From an uncultured Paraprevotella sp. (GTDB lineage: Bacteria; Bacteroidota; Bacteroidia; Bacteroidales; Bacteroidaceae): a stretch of DNA of 64,000 nt. Positions 29,277 through 39,203 of this stretch are shown in pieces. Each line of letters starts with the position of its first letter. Position 1 is the stretch's first letter. The notes under the pieces were generated by a model. That model ran no database searches. It was not told the DNA's origin and worked only from the letters and a program-made list of their open reading frames with translations. The stretch is taken from NCBI GenBank assembly GCA_944320765.1, contig CALUIS010000016.1:2933-66932 (forward strand). Reading direction: 5' to 3'. Both the position numbers and the translations under genes were made by a program.

Positions 29277-32084
29277 TTACGGCACCAAGACCTTGGCGGA
29301 ACGGTCGCCTGCCTTGACCACGTAAAGGCCCTTGCCCAAGCGGCTGTGGCGGGAAACCTGTTGTCCGCCTATGGCGTAGATGCTGTAGTCATCCGTGCCT
29401 TCCACTACAATCTGCCCGTCGCGTGCCGTGACCTTCAGCGGGGACTGCTGCTTGACGGCTTCGATGCCGGAGCCGCCTTCCGGGTCGTCGCTGACGGCAA
29501 TCCATCCGATGACATCGCCGTTGTCGTCCACGAAGTCACTCTCGGTGGTGGTGTCGGTATTGTCTTTCTGGCGGATAATCCGTGCGCCGGTCGTGGCGGG
29601 TGTCCCTGCGTTGTCCACCACCTTGTTGTCCGTGCTGTAGCTGTGCATGCGGTAGACGGATGCGGGGGAATAGTTGTCGGTTTGCGGCCCCATCAGCATG
29701 ACGGGGTTGAACAGGTTGACCGTTTCTCCGGCCTCGTCCACGAAATCAATCGGGCGGTAACGTCTGCCGTCCACCAGTTCTTCTGTATTGCGTCCCACGG
29801 TGAGGATTTTGCCGTTGTCCATCTTGGCCGTTCCGGGCGTGGCGGCCACGTAGAAGATTTCTTGTCCCACGAAAGAGGACGAAGCATCGTCGAGGGCGGC
29901 CTGGCGGCGCAGTTTTACTGTAAAACCTTCGTTCGTGATGCCCCAGACTTTGGCCACATACGGATTGGCGTGTCGTGAGAGTACATTGACGATGACCACG
30001 GGAGTCACACCTTCCGGGAACGGTGTCGCGAAACTGATCCAGGTGCTTTCATTCTTGATCCGCTCCCCGCTTTCGCCTACTTCCAAGGTGAGGTCGCCAA
30101 TCTTATGCGCCCCTTTCTTCAATACCATGAAGTCCGTGGTTTCCGGGTTCGAGATGGTCTGTTCATAATCTCCTTCGCTCCACGGGATGACGTGGAACGA
30201 GAAGCGGTCGTCCAGTACGGTCATGACGGTGTTGACCGGCACGGTGCCGGAGTTCTTGTATGAAATCAGTCCGGTGAAGACGGCCGGTGTCTCTTCCTCC
30301 CCGAGGGAGGTGAAGGAGGTATAGAAGTCGTTTGTGTCGGCAATCTTCAGTGTGCCATATTGGAATCCTGCTTCGCCTTCCGCACCCACCACGGACAGCT
30401 GGACTTCGTCGGTCATGCGTTCTTCCCCGTCGATGTCATAGTTGTGTACGCGGTAGGTGTAGATGCCCCGCTGGAAATCCTCCGGGAAGGTTTCCGTGTA
30501 GCGCATGGAGCTGTTTTCCAGCTCGCTTCCCGTGTATTTCTTGACGGTCTGCCATTCGCCTTCGTTGAAACGAACCTCCAGGAAGGCGGAGTCCGTGAAC
30601 TCCAGGTTCGGATGGTTCCACGTGAGTACCAGCTCGCGGGTCCGTTCGGTGTAGTCCAAGGCCAGCCCGCCCGGTTCTTTGATGACGACCTTGGGGACAT
30701 ATTCGTAGGCTTTGTTGTAGCCCATGCCGGACTTCATGTCGGCATACCACTTGCCGAGAAGGGAGAGTTCGCCGCCTTGGTCGTTGTACTTGAACAGTTT
30801 GGAGCAGTCCTTCTCGCTGTTCCAGTAGGCGTAGCGTTCCACGTAGGGGAAGTTGTTCCAATTCGTCAGGACTTCGGTCATCACATCGTAGTTCTTCTGT
30901 TGGTTTTCAGTGGAGAAGCTTCCGTCTGTGGCGAAGATGCCTTTGTTGTAATCGTCGCCGCCCCACGAAGCCCCCCAGACGAACTCGGAAACCCAAATGG
31001 GACGTTTGTAGGTGTCATAGTACCCTTTGAGTTCGTTGTTCAGTTTGTTTTGGTTCCAGTAGCAGTGCATGTCGAGGATGTCGCAGCGCCAGCCGCGAGC
31101 GTCGATGGCGTCCATGAACTCGCGGAGCCAGCCGAGGCTGCCGTCGTGCGAGGACGGGGAGCAGAGGCGCATGCCCGTGGCCATCAGGTTCTCCCAGTTG
31201 TTCAGGACGGTCTCCACGTCTTGCGGATGGTCGTCCGCGCTGTTGCCCGGCTCGTTGTTGGTCTGCATGTGGCAGGATTGGGTCACGCTGCCGCAGGTGG
31301 CCACGGACGGCCAGTCCTCGTAGATGTGGTGGGGCACCCATTCGGCATCCGGCAGGTTGCTGCCGTTGCCTTGTCCCCAGTCGTAGCACCACGTGACGTT
31401 GAGGGTGTCCACAATCAAAGCCCCGCCATCGCTGGCGATACCTTTTTTCTCGTAGTTATACCATTGGAACACGCGGTAGGAGGAAATCTTCCCGTCCATC
31501 TCCTTGGGCAGTTCCGCAAATTCGAGGTCTTCCTTGTCGGCGATGAAGCAGCGGCTGTAGCCGCGTCCGCGCGGGCTGTTGGAGAAAGTCACCATGTAGC
31601 CCCGTTTGAGCTTGAAGCTCCGGATGCGGTTGTTGAGCTTGGCGGCGGTGAGGGTGTTCATGTAGCCGCCGGAATGCTCCGTGCCGAAGTCGTTGACCGA
31701 CTCGCCGCCGAAGTCCGGTTCGGAATAGACGGTCAGGGGCTTGAAGTCCTTGCCGTAGGGCATGATGATGGTGCCGGAGGCATACATCTTCACCTGGCAG
31801 TTCTCGCCGTCCACGGCATCCTCTCCGTTGATTTGGATGAAGCCCAGGTAGCTGAAGGCGTCGCTGGGGCGGATGTTCTCGAAGATGATGACGGCATGTT
31901 CCGTGTTGGTCAGGTTGATGCTGCCGGTCGTGGTGAAGGGCGTCTCTCCCGTGATGGTGTAGTCCACGTCCTCCGTCAGGGTGACGGCATTGGTCACTTG
32001 CGCCACCTTTTCAACCGTATTGGCAGCCCATGCGGCCGGGCTGAGCGCGGCGGCCATGGCAAAGGTCAATAGTTGGTTTTTCAT
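29277..32084 (-). CDS. Secreted multidomain glycoside hydrolase: beta/gamma-crystallin-like + GH128-like catalytic domain + Fn3-like + H-lectin-like region + T9SS-like CTD
   Basis: VYSEPDFGG and NNRIRSFKLKRGY (crystallin); TWCYDW, NNEP, DMHCYW, PIWVSEF and VERYAYW (GH128); C-terminal YSIYAIGGQQV...KGLYVVK...KVLVP. Confidence 0.72.
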   Translation of the reverse strand: MKNQLLTFAMAAALSPAAWAANTVEKVAQVTNAVTLTEDVDYTITGETPFTTTGSINLTNTEHAVIIFENIRPSDAFSYLGFIQINGEDAVDGENCQVKMYASGTIIMPYGKDFKPLTVYSEPDFGGESVNDFGTEHSGGYMNTLTAAKLNNRIRSFKLKRGYMVTFSNSPRGRGYSRCFIADKEDLEFAELPKEMDGKISSYRVFQWYNYEKKGIASDGGALIVDTLNVTWCYDWGQGNGSNLPDAEWVPHHIYEDWPSVATCGSVTQSCHMQTNNEPGNSADDHPQDVETVLNNWENLMATGMRLCSPSSHDGSLGWLREFMDAIDARGWRCDILDMHCYWNQNKLNNELKGYYDTYKRPIWVSEFVWGASWGGDDYNKGIFATDGSFSTENQQKNYDVMTEVLTNWNNFPYVERYAYWNSEKDCSKLFKYNDQGGELSLLGKWYADMKSGMGYNKAYEYVPKVVIKEPGGLALDYTERTRELVLTWNHPNLEFTDSAFLEVRFNEGEWQTVKKYTGSELENSSMRYTETFPEDFQRGIYTYRVHNYDIDGEERMTDEVQLSVVGAEGEAGFQYGTLKIADTNDFYTSFTSLGEEETPAVFTGLISYKNSGTVPVNTVMTVLDDRFSFHVIPWSEGDYEQTISNPETTDFMVLKKGAHKIGDLTLEVGESGERIKNESTWISFATPFPEGVTPVVIVNVLSRHANPYVAKVWGITNEGFTVKLRRQAALDDASSSFVGQEIFYVAATPGTAKMDNGKILTVGRNTEELVDGRRYRPIDFVDEAGETVNLFNPVMLMGPQTDNYSPASVYRMHSYSTDNKVVDNAGTPATTGARIIRQKDNTDTTTESDFVDDNGDVIGWIAVSDDPEGGSGIEAVKQQSPLKVTARDGQIVVEGTDDYSIYAIGGQQVSRHSRLGKGLYVVKAGDRSAKVLVP

Positions 32085-32108
32085 TGTAGGATTGTTGTTA
32101 ATGGTTTG

Positions 32109-33107
32109 TCATTTGTCGTTAGGAAAAGCCTTTTCCAGCCGTTTCAGTTCTTTCTTGGTGATGGCGATGACCGTGCCGTGGCGCGGGGTGAACTTGCCCT
32201 GGGTGGCGGTGTCCTGCACGCGCTTGAAGCTCTTCAGGTCCTGGCTGGTGCAGAACTGGTAGTGTCCGTTCATGTAGCAGTCGTACATCAGCACCCAGTC
32301 GCCCTCGATGCGCTGGAACACGCCCGAGCCTTCCACGGCTTTGTCGGTGTCCTCGAACGTTCCCGGCAGCAGTTCCCACTGGCTGGAGTCGTGCAGGTCC
32401 CGCGTCAGATACTGGCGGATGCCCTTTTTCTGTTCGCCCTCGGTCTTGAAGAACACATGGTAGACTCCGTCCTCGTCCTGCACGATGTCCGTGTCGATGG
32501 CGGACTTTTTGTAGTCGAACAACACTTGCGGTTCGCCTTCCAGGTCGCTGAAGTCCTCATTGGCGTATGCCCAGTACACTTTGTCGTAGGGGCAGCTGCC
32601 GTCGTCGGTCAGGATGGAGAAGTAGACCATGTACTTCTTGGCTTCCTTGTCGTAGATGGTCTGCGGGGCCCATACGCGGGTGACGTGGGCGAACATCGTT
32701 CCGGCATATTTCTCCGGGAAGTTCACGGTGTGGTGCGCCCAGTTCACCAGGTCCTTGCTGCGCATCAGCACGATGCCCCGGTTGGAGGCCCATCCCTGGC
32801 TGGAACGCATGTCGGTGACCACCATGTAGAAGTATCCGTCTTCTCCTCTCAGGATATGTGGGTCTCTCACGCCCTTCTTGATGGAGATGGTGTCGGAACC
32901 GATGATGGGTTCCCCGTTGTTCAACGGGGTGTAGTTGTATCCGTCATGGCTGATGGCGTAGCAGATTTGTTCCTCTTCAGGAGCGTTGCCTGTGAAATAA
33001 GTGAAAAGGTAAGCTACTTTCTTCTGGGCATGGAGCATCGGGGCTTGGCCGAACAGTCCGGCACACATCAGGCTGATGCCCAATACGGTCTTTAGGTTTT
33101 TTCTCAT
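32109..33107 (-). CDS. GH43 family glycoside hydrolase
   Basis: YLFTYF, GVRDPHILR, VWAPQTIYD, AIDTDI, AVEGSGVF and PRHGTV. Confidence 0.88.
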   Translation of the reverse strand: MRKNLKTVLGISLMCAGLFGQAPMLHAQKKVAYLFTYFTGNAPEEEQICYAISHDGYNYTPLNNGEPIIGSDTISIKKGVRDPHILRGEDGYFYMVVTDMRSSQGWASNRGIVLMRSKDLVNWAHHTVNFPEKYAGTMFAHVTRVWAPQTIYDKEAKKYMVYFSILTDDGSCPYDKVYWAYANEDFSDLEGEPQVLFDYKKSAIDTDIVQDEDGVYHVFFKTEGEQKKGIRQYLTRDLHDSSQWELLPGTFEDTDKAVEGSGVFQRIEGDWVLMYDCYMNGHYQFCTSQDLKSFKRVQDTATQGKFTPRHGTVIAITKKELKRLEKAFPNDK

Positions 33108-33135
33108 GATGAAAATGAATAGGTTAATAAACAGT

Positions 33136-33143
33136 CAAAAGTA
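33136..33143 (-). promoter_or_regulatory. Putative -7 box for GH43/GH128
   Basis: TACTTTTG on the minus strand, 28 nt upstream of the ATG. Confidence 0.5.
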
Positions 33144-33191
33144 CGAAAAAAAGCCTATAGCCTTTCCTTGCCGCTCTTTTATTAACTACAA

Positions 33192-35204
33192 TTAACTTTT
33201 CCCGCGTTTCTCGCGGAGGGCTTCTGCCAAGGCCCATTGGATGGAAGCTTCTTCTTCCTTTCCGCAACGGGCCAAGGCGTCGCCGAACAGTTCGTGCGCT
33301 TTGGCGTGTTGGGGCTTCAGGGAAACGGCCTTGTCAAAATCGGCGACGGCTTGTTCGATGCGGCCGCAATGCAGGTGGTTCTTCCCCCGGTTGTAGAATG
33401 CCTTGAAGCTGGCCGGGTTCAAGGCGACCGCCTTGTTGAAATGTTTGAGGGCTCCGTCAGAGTCTCCGGCGTCCTGCAGGGTGATGCCTTTGCGGATATG
33501 GGCATCCACATAGTCCGGGTCGAGCGAAAGGGCCTTGTCGTAGTTGGCCAAGGCGGCGCGTACGTTGTGGGCCTGCAGGATGGAGGCGTTTCCTAATTCG
33601 TAGTACTCCCGGGCATAGCCTTTCATCAGGGCTTGCTGGTCGGCCAGGCGTTGCTTCAGCTGTTCGTTTTCCTCTTTCAGGCGGCGGATGATGCCGAGCT
33701 TGCGGCAGATGAAGCGTTTTACGACCGGTTTCTCAATGTCGTAGCGGCTGTGGATGGCGGTGAGGAAATGCTCCAGGAACTCGGGAAATTCTCCACGGTC
33801 GAAAGCTTGCACGGCGGCTTGGTATTCAATGTCGGCCTTGGCCTTTTTCAAGGCTTGCCCGATGGCTTGCGGGTCGTTGAACTGCTGGGAGAAGCGAAGG
33901 ATTTCCGGTTTGACGAAGATGTCGGACCGGGCGATTTCCTTTTTCAAGGTGATGCCTTGCAGGGAGGTGCAGCGGCTCAGGGCCACATAGGCTTGTCCGC
34001 CGGCGAAGACGCCGCCGGTGAAGTCGACGGTCACCTTGCGGAACGTCAGTCCTTGGCTCTTGTGGATGGTGATGGCCCAGGCCAGGCGCAGGGGGAACTG
34101 GCGGAAGGTGCCAAGTTCTTCTTCCTCGATTTTCTTTTCCTGTTCGTTGTAAGTATAGCGCATGTTGCTCCACACTTCCCGTGCCACTTCCAGTTCCGCG
34201 CCGTCCTCATTGACCACGTAGATACGTCCGTTTTCCTCGTCGATGGCGGACACGATGCCCAACGTGCCGTTCACCCATCGTTTGTCCATGTCGTTCTTGA
34301 CGAAGATGACCTGTGCGCCGGGCTTGATCTCCAGATTCATCAGGGTGGGGAGCGAGCTTTCGGGAAACTCGCCCTGTATCTCGCCGGTGAAGACCGTGCT
34401 TTCGGCATCTATCTCTGCCAGACGTTGCTGGTTGATGTAGTCCACGTTGTCGCGGCGGGTGGCCAGGGTGATGTTCAGGTCGTGGCCGCTCTTTCTTTCG
34501 TCCGTCCGGTTCCACCGGGTGTTGAGCAGTTGCAGGTCGGCGTTTCCGGCCTGGTTGGTACGGATATGGTCGAGTACGGCGATGAAGGCAGCGTCTGTCT
34601 GCCGGTACACTTTCTGAAGTTCGATGGATACCAGTCGCATTTCCTCAAAAACCTTGGCCGAGAAGAAGTAGGGCGAAGGGTAGTAGCGGTTTAGCATTTC
34701 CCGTTCGTTGGCCTTCACCACCGGTTCCAGTTGGAAGATGTCGCCCACGAACAGCATCTGTTTCCCGCCGAACGGTTCCCGCAAATTGCGGCTGTAGAGG
34801 CGCAGCACGCGGTCGATGAAGTCGATGATGTCCGCCCGCACCATGGAAACCTCGTCGATGATGATGAGTTCCACCTCGCGGATGATTTTCTGTTGTGTGG
34901 CGTTGTATTTCAGGAAATCCTTCAGTTTCCGCAGGCTGAAGCGCGGGTCGTCGGGCAGGAGGGGATGGAAGGGGAGCTTGAAGAAGCTGTGGAGCGTGCT
35001 GCCGCCGACGTTGATGGCGGCGATGCCGGTGGGGGCCAGCACCACATGCTTCTTGCGCGTGTGCGTACATATATATTTTAATAAGGTGGATTTGCCCGTG
35101 CCGGCTTTTCCGGTAAGAAAAACCGAATTGCGGGTAAACTGAATCAGTTTCAGGGTATTCTGAAACTCCGGATTCCGGATGTCTATTTCAATTTCGTCTT
35201 TCAA
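33192..35204 (-). CDS. PIF1/RecD-like SF1B helicase with C-terminal coiled coil and TPR repeats
   Basis: TGKAGTGKS, APTGIAA, IDEVSM, GDIFQL, TIHKSQG and QAYVALSR; TPR-like ALANYDKALSLDPDY and AVADFDKAVSLKP. Confidence 0.88.
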   Translation of the reverse strand: MKDEIEIDIRNPEFQNTLKLIQFTRNSVFLTGKAGTGKSTLLKYICTHTRKKHVVLAPTGIAAINVGGSTLHSFFKLPFHPLLPDDPRFSLRKLKDFLKYNATQQKIIREVELIIIDEVSMVRADIIDFIDRVLRLYSRNLREPFGGKQMLFVGDIFQLEPVVKANEREMLNRYYPSPYFFSAKVFEEMRLVSIELQKVYRQTDAAFIAVLDHIRTNQAGNADLQLLNTRWNRTDERKSGHDLNITLATRRDNVDYINQQRLAEIDAESTVFTGEIQGEFPESSLPTLMNLEIKPGAQVIFVKNDMDKRWVNGTLGIVSAIDEENGRIYVVNEDGAELEVAREVWSNMRYTYNEQEKKIEEEELGTFRQFPLRLAWAITIHKSQGLTFRKVTVDFTGGVFAGGQAYVALSRCTSLQGITLKKEIARSDIFVKPEILRFSQQFNDPQAIGQALKKAKADIEYQAAVQAFDRGEFPEFLEHFLTAIHSRYDIEKPVVKRFICRKLGIIRRLKEENEQLKQRLADQQALMKGYAREYYELGNASILQAHNVRAALANYDKALSLDPDYVDAHIRKGITLQDAGDSDGALKHFNKAVALNPASFKAFYNRGKNHLHCGRIEQAVADFDKAVSLKPQHAKAHELFGDALARCGKEEEASIQWALAEALREKRGKS

Positions 35205-35207
35205 CGT

Positions 35208-37685
35208 TTACGGATTGATGGAGTCTTTTTCTGTTGCATTCCCGGCTGGCGGGACTATGCGTCCTGTCGCGGATATGGGGGAAGCGTTCAACGAGTCGCC
35301 GGCGATTCCTAAGGTGTCCGTCGCCAAGGAATCCGGTTGCGGATAGTAGCTTTCGCAGAGATAAGTCGACGGGTCGATTTCCTCCAGCGGTTGCTTGGGG
35401 AACTTCACGCGGTATTGGGCGAAGCGGTCGTCCAGCAGCACTTTCTGGATGAAGTTGCCGAAGATGGGCAAGGCCGTGCGGCTGCCTTGTCCCAAAGCCC
35501 CCGTGCGGAAGTGGATGCTCCGGTATTCTCCGCCGACCCATCCGCCAGCCACCAGTTTGGGCGTGACTCCCACGAACCATGCGTCGGAATGGTTGTTGGA
35601 CGTTCCGGTCTTTCCGCCGAAATCCGAATACTTCAGTACGGGGTGGATATAGCTCCACAAGGCGGCCGTGGTGCCGCCCGGTTCGGTCAGCCCTCCGCGC
35701 AGCAGGTGTTGCATGTAGAAGGCGGAACGGTAGGGGATGGCTTGTTTCTCTTCAGGTTCGGGCGAGTAGATGATATTGCCGTCGCGGTCGAGTATCCGGG
35801 TAATCAGGATGGGCGGGGTCGCGATTCCGTCGTGGATGACCGTGCAATAGCCGTTGACCAGTTCCAGCAGGTTCACGTCAGAGGAGCCGAGGCTGAGTGA
35901 CGGTGTCTCGTGCAGGGGAGATTCGATGCCCATGGCATGGGCCGTCTGCGCCACGTTATGGATGCCCATCTCGTAGCCCAACTTGACCGCCACGCTGTTG
36001 ATGCTTTGGGCGAAGGCCGATTTCAGGGGCATGGCGGCTCCCGAGAAGGTACCGTTTGCGTTGTGGGGGGTCCACTTGGTGGGTTCGCCGTGTATCGTGT
36101 CCGGGTATTGCATCCATTCGTCCACGCGGGTGTCGCAAGGGGTCAGCCCTTGGTTCATGGCTTCGGCATAGACGAAGAGCTTGAAGGTGGAGCCGGGTTG
36201 GCGCATGGCCGTCACCTTGTCGTATTTCCACGAACCGAAGTCGATGTCTCCCACCCAGGCTTTTACTTGCCGGGTGTCCGGTTCCATGGCCACGAAGCCG
36301 CAGTGCAGGAACTTGACCATGTAGCGGATGGAGTCCATCGTGCTCAGGCTGTCTTCCTTGTAGCCGTCGTAGCTGAACACTTTCACCTTGTGGGGGAGGT
36401 TCAGGTAGTAGGCGACGGAGTCCGGTTGGTCGGGAAAACGATGGGCCAGGTATTTGTAATGGGTTGTCCTTTTGGCCAGGTCTTCGATGAAGTTGGGGAT
36501 TTCCTGATGCTTTTCGTCTTGCCAGGGATGGGTCTTGCCCCAGTGTTGGTAGAAGCGTTCCTGAAGGATTTCCATCTGTTTCACGGCCGCCTCTTCCGCG
36601 TATTTCTGCATACGGGTGTCGATGGTGGTATAGATTTTCAGCCCGTCGGCATAGAGGTCCAGTTTGTTTTCGCTGTCGTATCCTGTGATTTTCCCTTCTT
36701 CGCACAGCTTGTCGATATATTCCGGCAGCTGGGTGCGGAAGTAGGGGGCGATGCCGTCGTAGCTGCTCTCTTCCTTGTGGGGGCTGACCACCATGGGCAG
36801 GGCCATGAGGGAGTCCAGTTGCGCGGCTGTGGCCTTCTTCCCGTCGAGGATCAGATGGCCGTGGTCATAAAGGTTGGTGAGCACCACGTTGCGCCGTTGG
36901 GTGCTGTTTTTGGGGTTGAGTTTGGGGTTGTAGGTGGAGGTGGCTTTCAGCAGGCCCACGAGGGTGGCGGCCTGTTCGTAGGTCAGCTGGTCGGGCGTGG
37001 TGTTGAAGTACGTGCGGCAGGCGGTTTTGATGCCAAAGGAATTGCTGCCGAAGTCCACCGTGTTGAAATACATGGTGAGGATTTCTTCCTTGGTGAATAT
37101 CCTCTCCAATTTGACCGCCACGATCCATTCCTTGGCTTTCATGACCAGGATTTTCACGCCGGGAATCTTGCCCAAAAGGCCGGTGGAGTACTGTGTGCGC
37201 ACGCGGAACATGTTCTTGGCCAGTTGCTGGGTGATGGTGCTGGCCCCGCGGGCGTTGCCCTGGAGGATGTCCTTGATGGCGGAGAAAAGTCCTTGGAAGT
37301 CGATGCCATGGTGGCGGTAGAAGCGTTCGTCCTCGGTGTCTATCAGGGTCTGGATGATGATGGGCGAGATGTCCTCGTATTCCACGGGGGTGCGGTTCTC
37401 GCTGAAGAAGCGTCCGATGAGTACGCTGTCTGCGCTGTAGATTTCGGAAGCCTCGCTGTTGACGGGATGCTCGATGTCCTTGAATCCCGGGGATTTGCCG
37501 AAGAGGTAAAGGAAGTTCAGGTCTACGGCCACCAGCAGCAGGATGAAGGCGGCGACGCAGGTGGCCAGCCAGCTGGCGGTTTTCTTGTACCAAGGGCCGC
37601 GATACAGTTTCGTGAATTGGGACCAGCCCCTTTTCAGCCCTTGGCCGGTCTTTTGGAGTATGCGGTGCATGTGAATGGGTTTCAT
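35208..37685 (-). CDS. mrcA: Class A penicillin-binding protein (PBP1A)
   Basis: Transglycosylase EDERFY and GASTITQQLAKN; transpeptidase QPGSTFK, SIN and GKTGTS. Confidence 0.88.
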   Translation of the reverse strand: MKPIHMHRILQKTGQGLKRGWSQFTKLYRGPWYKKTASWLATCVAAFILLLVAVDLNFLYLFGKSPGFKDIEHPVNSEASEIYSADSVLIGRFFSENRTPVEYEDISPIIIQTLIDTEDERFYRHHGIDFQGLFSAIKDILQGNARGASTITQQLAKNMFRVRTQYSTGLLGKIPGVKILVMKAKEWIVAVKLERIFTKEEILTMYFNTVDFGSNSFGIKTACRTYFNTTPDQLTYEQAATLVGLLKATSTYNPKLNPKNSTQRRNVVLTNLYDHGHLILDGKKATAAQLDSLMALPMVVSPHKEESSYDGIAPYFRTQLPEYIDKLCEEGKITGYDSENKLDLYADGLKIYTTIDTRMQKYAEEAAVKQMEILQERFYQHWGKTHPWQDEKHQEIPNFIEDLAKRTTHYKYLAHRFPDQPDSVAYYLNLPHKVKVFSYDGYKEDSLSTMDSIRYMVKFLHCGFVAMEPDTRQVKAWVGDIDFGSWKYDKVTAMRQPGSTFKLFVYAEAMNQGLTPCDTRVDEWMQYPDTIHGEPTKWTPHNANGTFSGAAMPLKSAFAQSINSVAVKLGYEMGIHNVAQTAHAMGIESPLHETPSLSLGSSDVNLLELVNGYCTVIHDGIATPPILITRILDRDGNIIYSPEPEEKQAIPYRSAFYMQHLLRGGLTEPGGTTAALWSYIHPVLKYSDFGGKTGTSNNHSDAWFVGVTPKLVAGGWVGGEYRSIHFRTGALGQGSRTALPIFGNFIQKVLLDDRFAQYRVKFPKQPLEEIDPSTYLCESYYPQPDSLATDTLGIAGDSLNASPISATGRIVPPAGNATEKDSINP

Positions 37686-37708
37686 TAAGGTTGATGATGT
37701 TCGTAGGG

Positions 37709-37716
37709 CAAATTTA
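37709..37716 (-). promoter_or_regulatory. Putative -7 box for PBP1A
   Basis: TAAATTTG on the minus strand, 23 nt upstream of the ATG. Confidence 0.5.
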
Positions 37717-37724
37717 GGAAAAGT

Positions 37725-38630
37725 TTACCGTATAACGGCCTTTTCCAACAGATTTTTTATGCCCGCCCGGTCATCGGGGTGGAACCAGTGGATGTCCGGG
37801 TCGCGGCGGAACCACGTCATTTGCTTGCGCGAGTAGATGCGGGTATGTTGCTTGATCTTCTCCACGGCGGTTTCCAAGTCCCACTCCCCGTCCATGTACT
37901 GGAACATTTCTTTGTAGCCCACGGTGTTCAGGGCGTTGGTGTGCCGGTAGGGCAAGACGCGGCGGGCCTCGTCTTCCAGGCCTTGTGCCACCATTTCGTC
38001 CACTCGCCGGTTGATGCGGCCGTACAATTCTTCGCGTTCGCGGCGGAGGCCGATTTTCAGGATGTCGAAGGGGCGTTCCTTGGCTTGGCTGGTGCGGAAG
38101 GAGGAATAAGGCTTCCCTGTCATGTAGCAGATTTCCAAGGCATGGATGACCCGCTTGGGGTTCTTCAAGTCCACGGAACGGTAATATTCCGGGTCGAGCA
38201 GCCGGAGTTCCTTGCAGAGGGCTTCCAAGCCCGCTTCCTCGTACCGTTCCAGCATGAGGCGGCGGGTGTCTTCGTCCACGGTGGGGATATCGTCGATGCC
38301 TTTGCACACGGCATCGATGTACATCATGCTGCCGCCTGCCAGCAGGGCGTAAGGGTGGTGTGTGAAAAGCTCGCCTAACAGGCGGAGTGCGTCGGTCTCA
38401 TATTGGGCCGCACTGTAATAGTCCGTAAGGGAGAGAGTGCCGACGAAGTAGTGCTTGACGCGCCGTTGCTGTTCGGCTGTCGGGGCTGCGGTGCCGATGG
38501 GCAGGTCCCGGAACAATTGCCGGGAGTCTGCGTTCAGGATGGGGGTATGAAGAAACTCAGCCATCGAAAGGCTGAGTTCCGTTTTTCCTACGCCCGTAGG
38601 GCCTATCAGGACAACCAATAAGGGCTTCAT
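37725..38630 (-). CDS. miaA: tRNA dimethylallyltransferase
   Basis: [26 protein letters not shown] and YSRKQMTWF. Confidence 0.95.
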   Translation of the reverse strand: MKPLLVVLIGPTGVGKTELSLSMAEFLHTPILNADSRQLFRDLPIGTAAPTAEQQRRVKHYFVGTLSLTDYYSAAQYETDALRLLGELFTHHPYALLAGGSMMYIDAVCKGIDDIPTVDEDTRRLMLERYEEAGLEALCKELRLLDPEYYRSVDLKNPKRVIHALEICYMTGKPYSSFRTSQAKERPFDILKIGLRREREELYGRINRRVDEMVAQGLEDEARRVLPYRHTNALNTVGYKEMFQYMDGEWDLETAVEKIKQHTRIYSRKQMTWFRRDPDIHWFHPDDRAGIKNLLEKAVIR

Positions 38631-38633
38631 GGA

Positions 38634-39182
38634 TTATTTGTAGGGATTTCCCTCGCTGATTTCAAATCCTTCGGGGTCGAATTCCTCCGCGTCGAAGTTC
38701 TCGTTGTCCGCGAAGTCCTCGTTCAGGTCTTCTGTGTTCAGAGAGCTTTCCTTCTTCAGGAATTCTTCCGGGTCGCAGGCTTGCTGTGGCGCTTCCCCGT
38801 AGCCGCGGCTGCACACCGGTTGCGGCTGGGGATGTCCGAAGATGATTTCCGTCAGTTCCATGAAGAACATGCGTTCGCCCAATGGGTCGAACACATATAC
38901 CAGCCTTTGTTTTTCGTCTTCCAGCATCTCGCTGAGCCGGGTGTCCTTCATCAGGTACACATCCTCGTCCTCGCGGCTGGTGCCCATGTCTTCCAGCAGG
39001 ATTTCCTGTTCCTGTTCCCACGCCTCGTTGCAGATGAAGAAGCTTGTGGGCTGGTCGTCCGCATAATGGCAGGCGGACAGGATGGCTTGGTGGAGGTCGT
39101 GGAATGTGGCCTCGGAGTCAATCTTGATTTCCCGGAAGAAGTCGTCTGTTTCATTGGAGACGAGGGTGAAACGATATACCAT
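38634..39182 (-). CDS. pRiA4b ORF-3-like protein with acidic tail
   Basis: FREIKIDSEATFHDLHQAIL and LVYVFD motifs. Occupies the usual Bacteroidales position between lpxA and miaA. Confidence 0.7.
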   Translation of the reverse strand: MVYRFTLVSNETDDFFREIKIDSEATFHDLHQAILSACHYADDQPTSFFICNEAWEQEQEILLEDMGTSREDEDVYLMKDTRLSEMLEDEKQRLVYVFDPLGERMFFMELTEIIFGHPQPQPVCSRGYGEAPQQACDPEEFLKKESSLNTEDLNEDFADNENFDAEEFDPEGFEISEGNPYK

Positions 39183-39203
39183 GGCAGGGCAAGGGTTAAG
39201 GGG

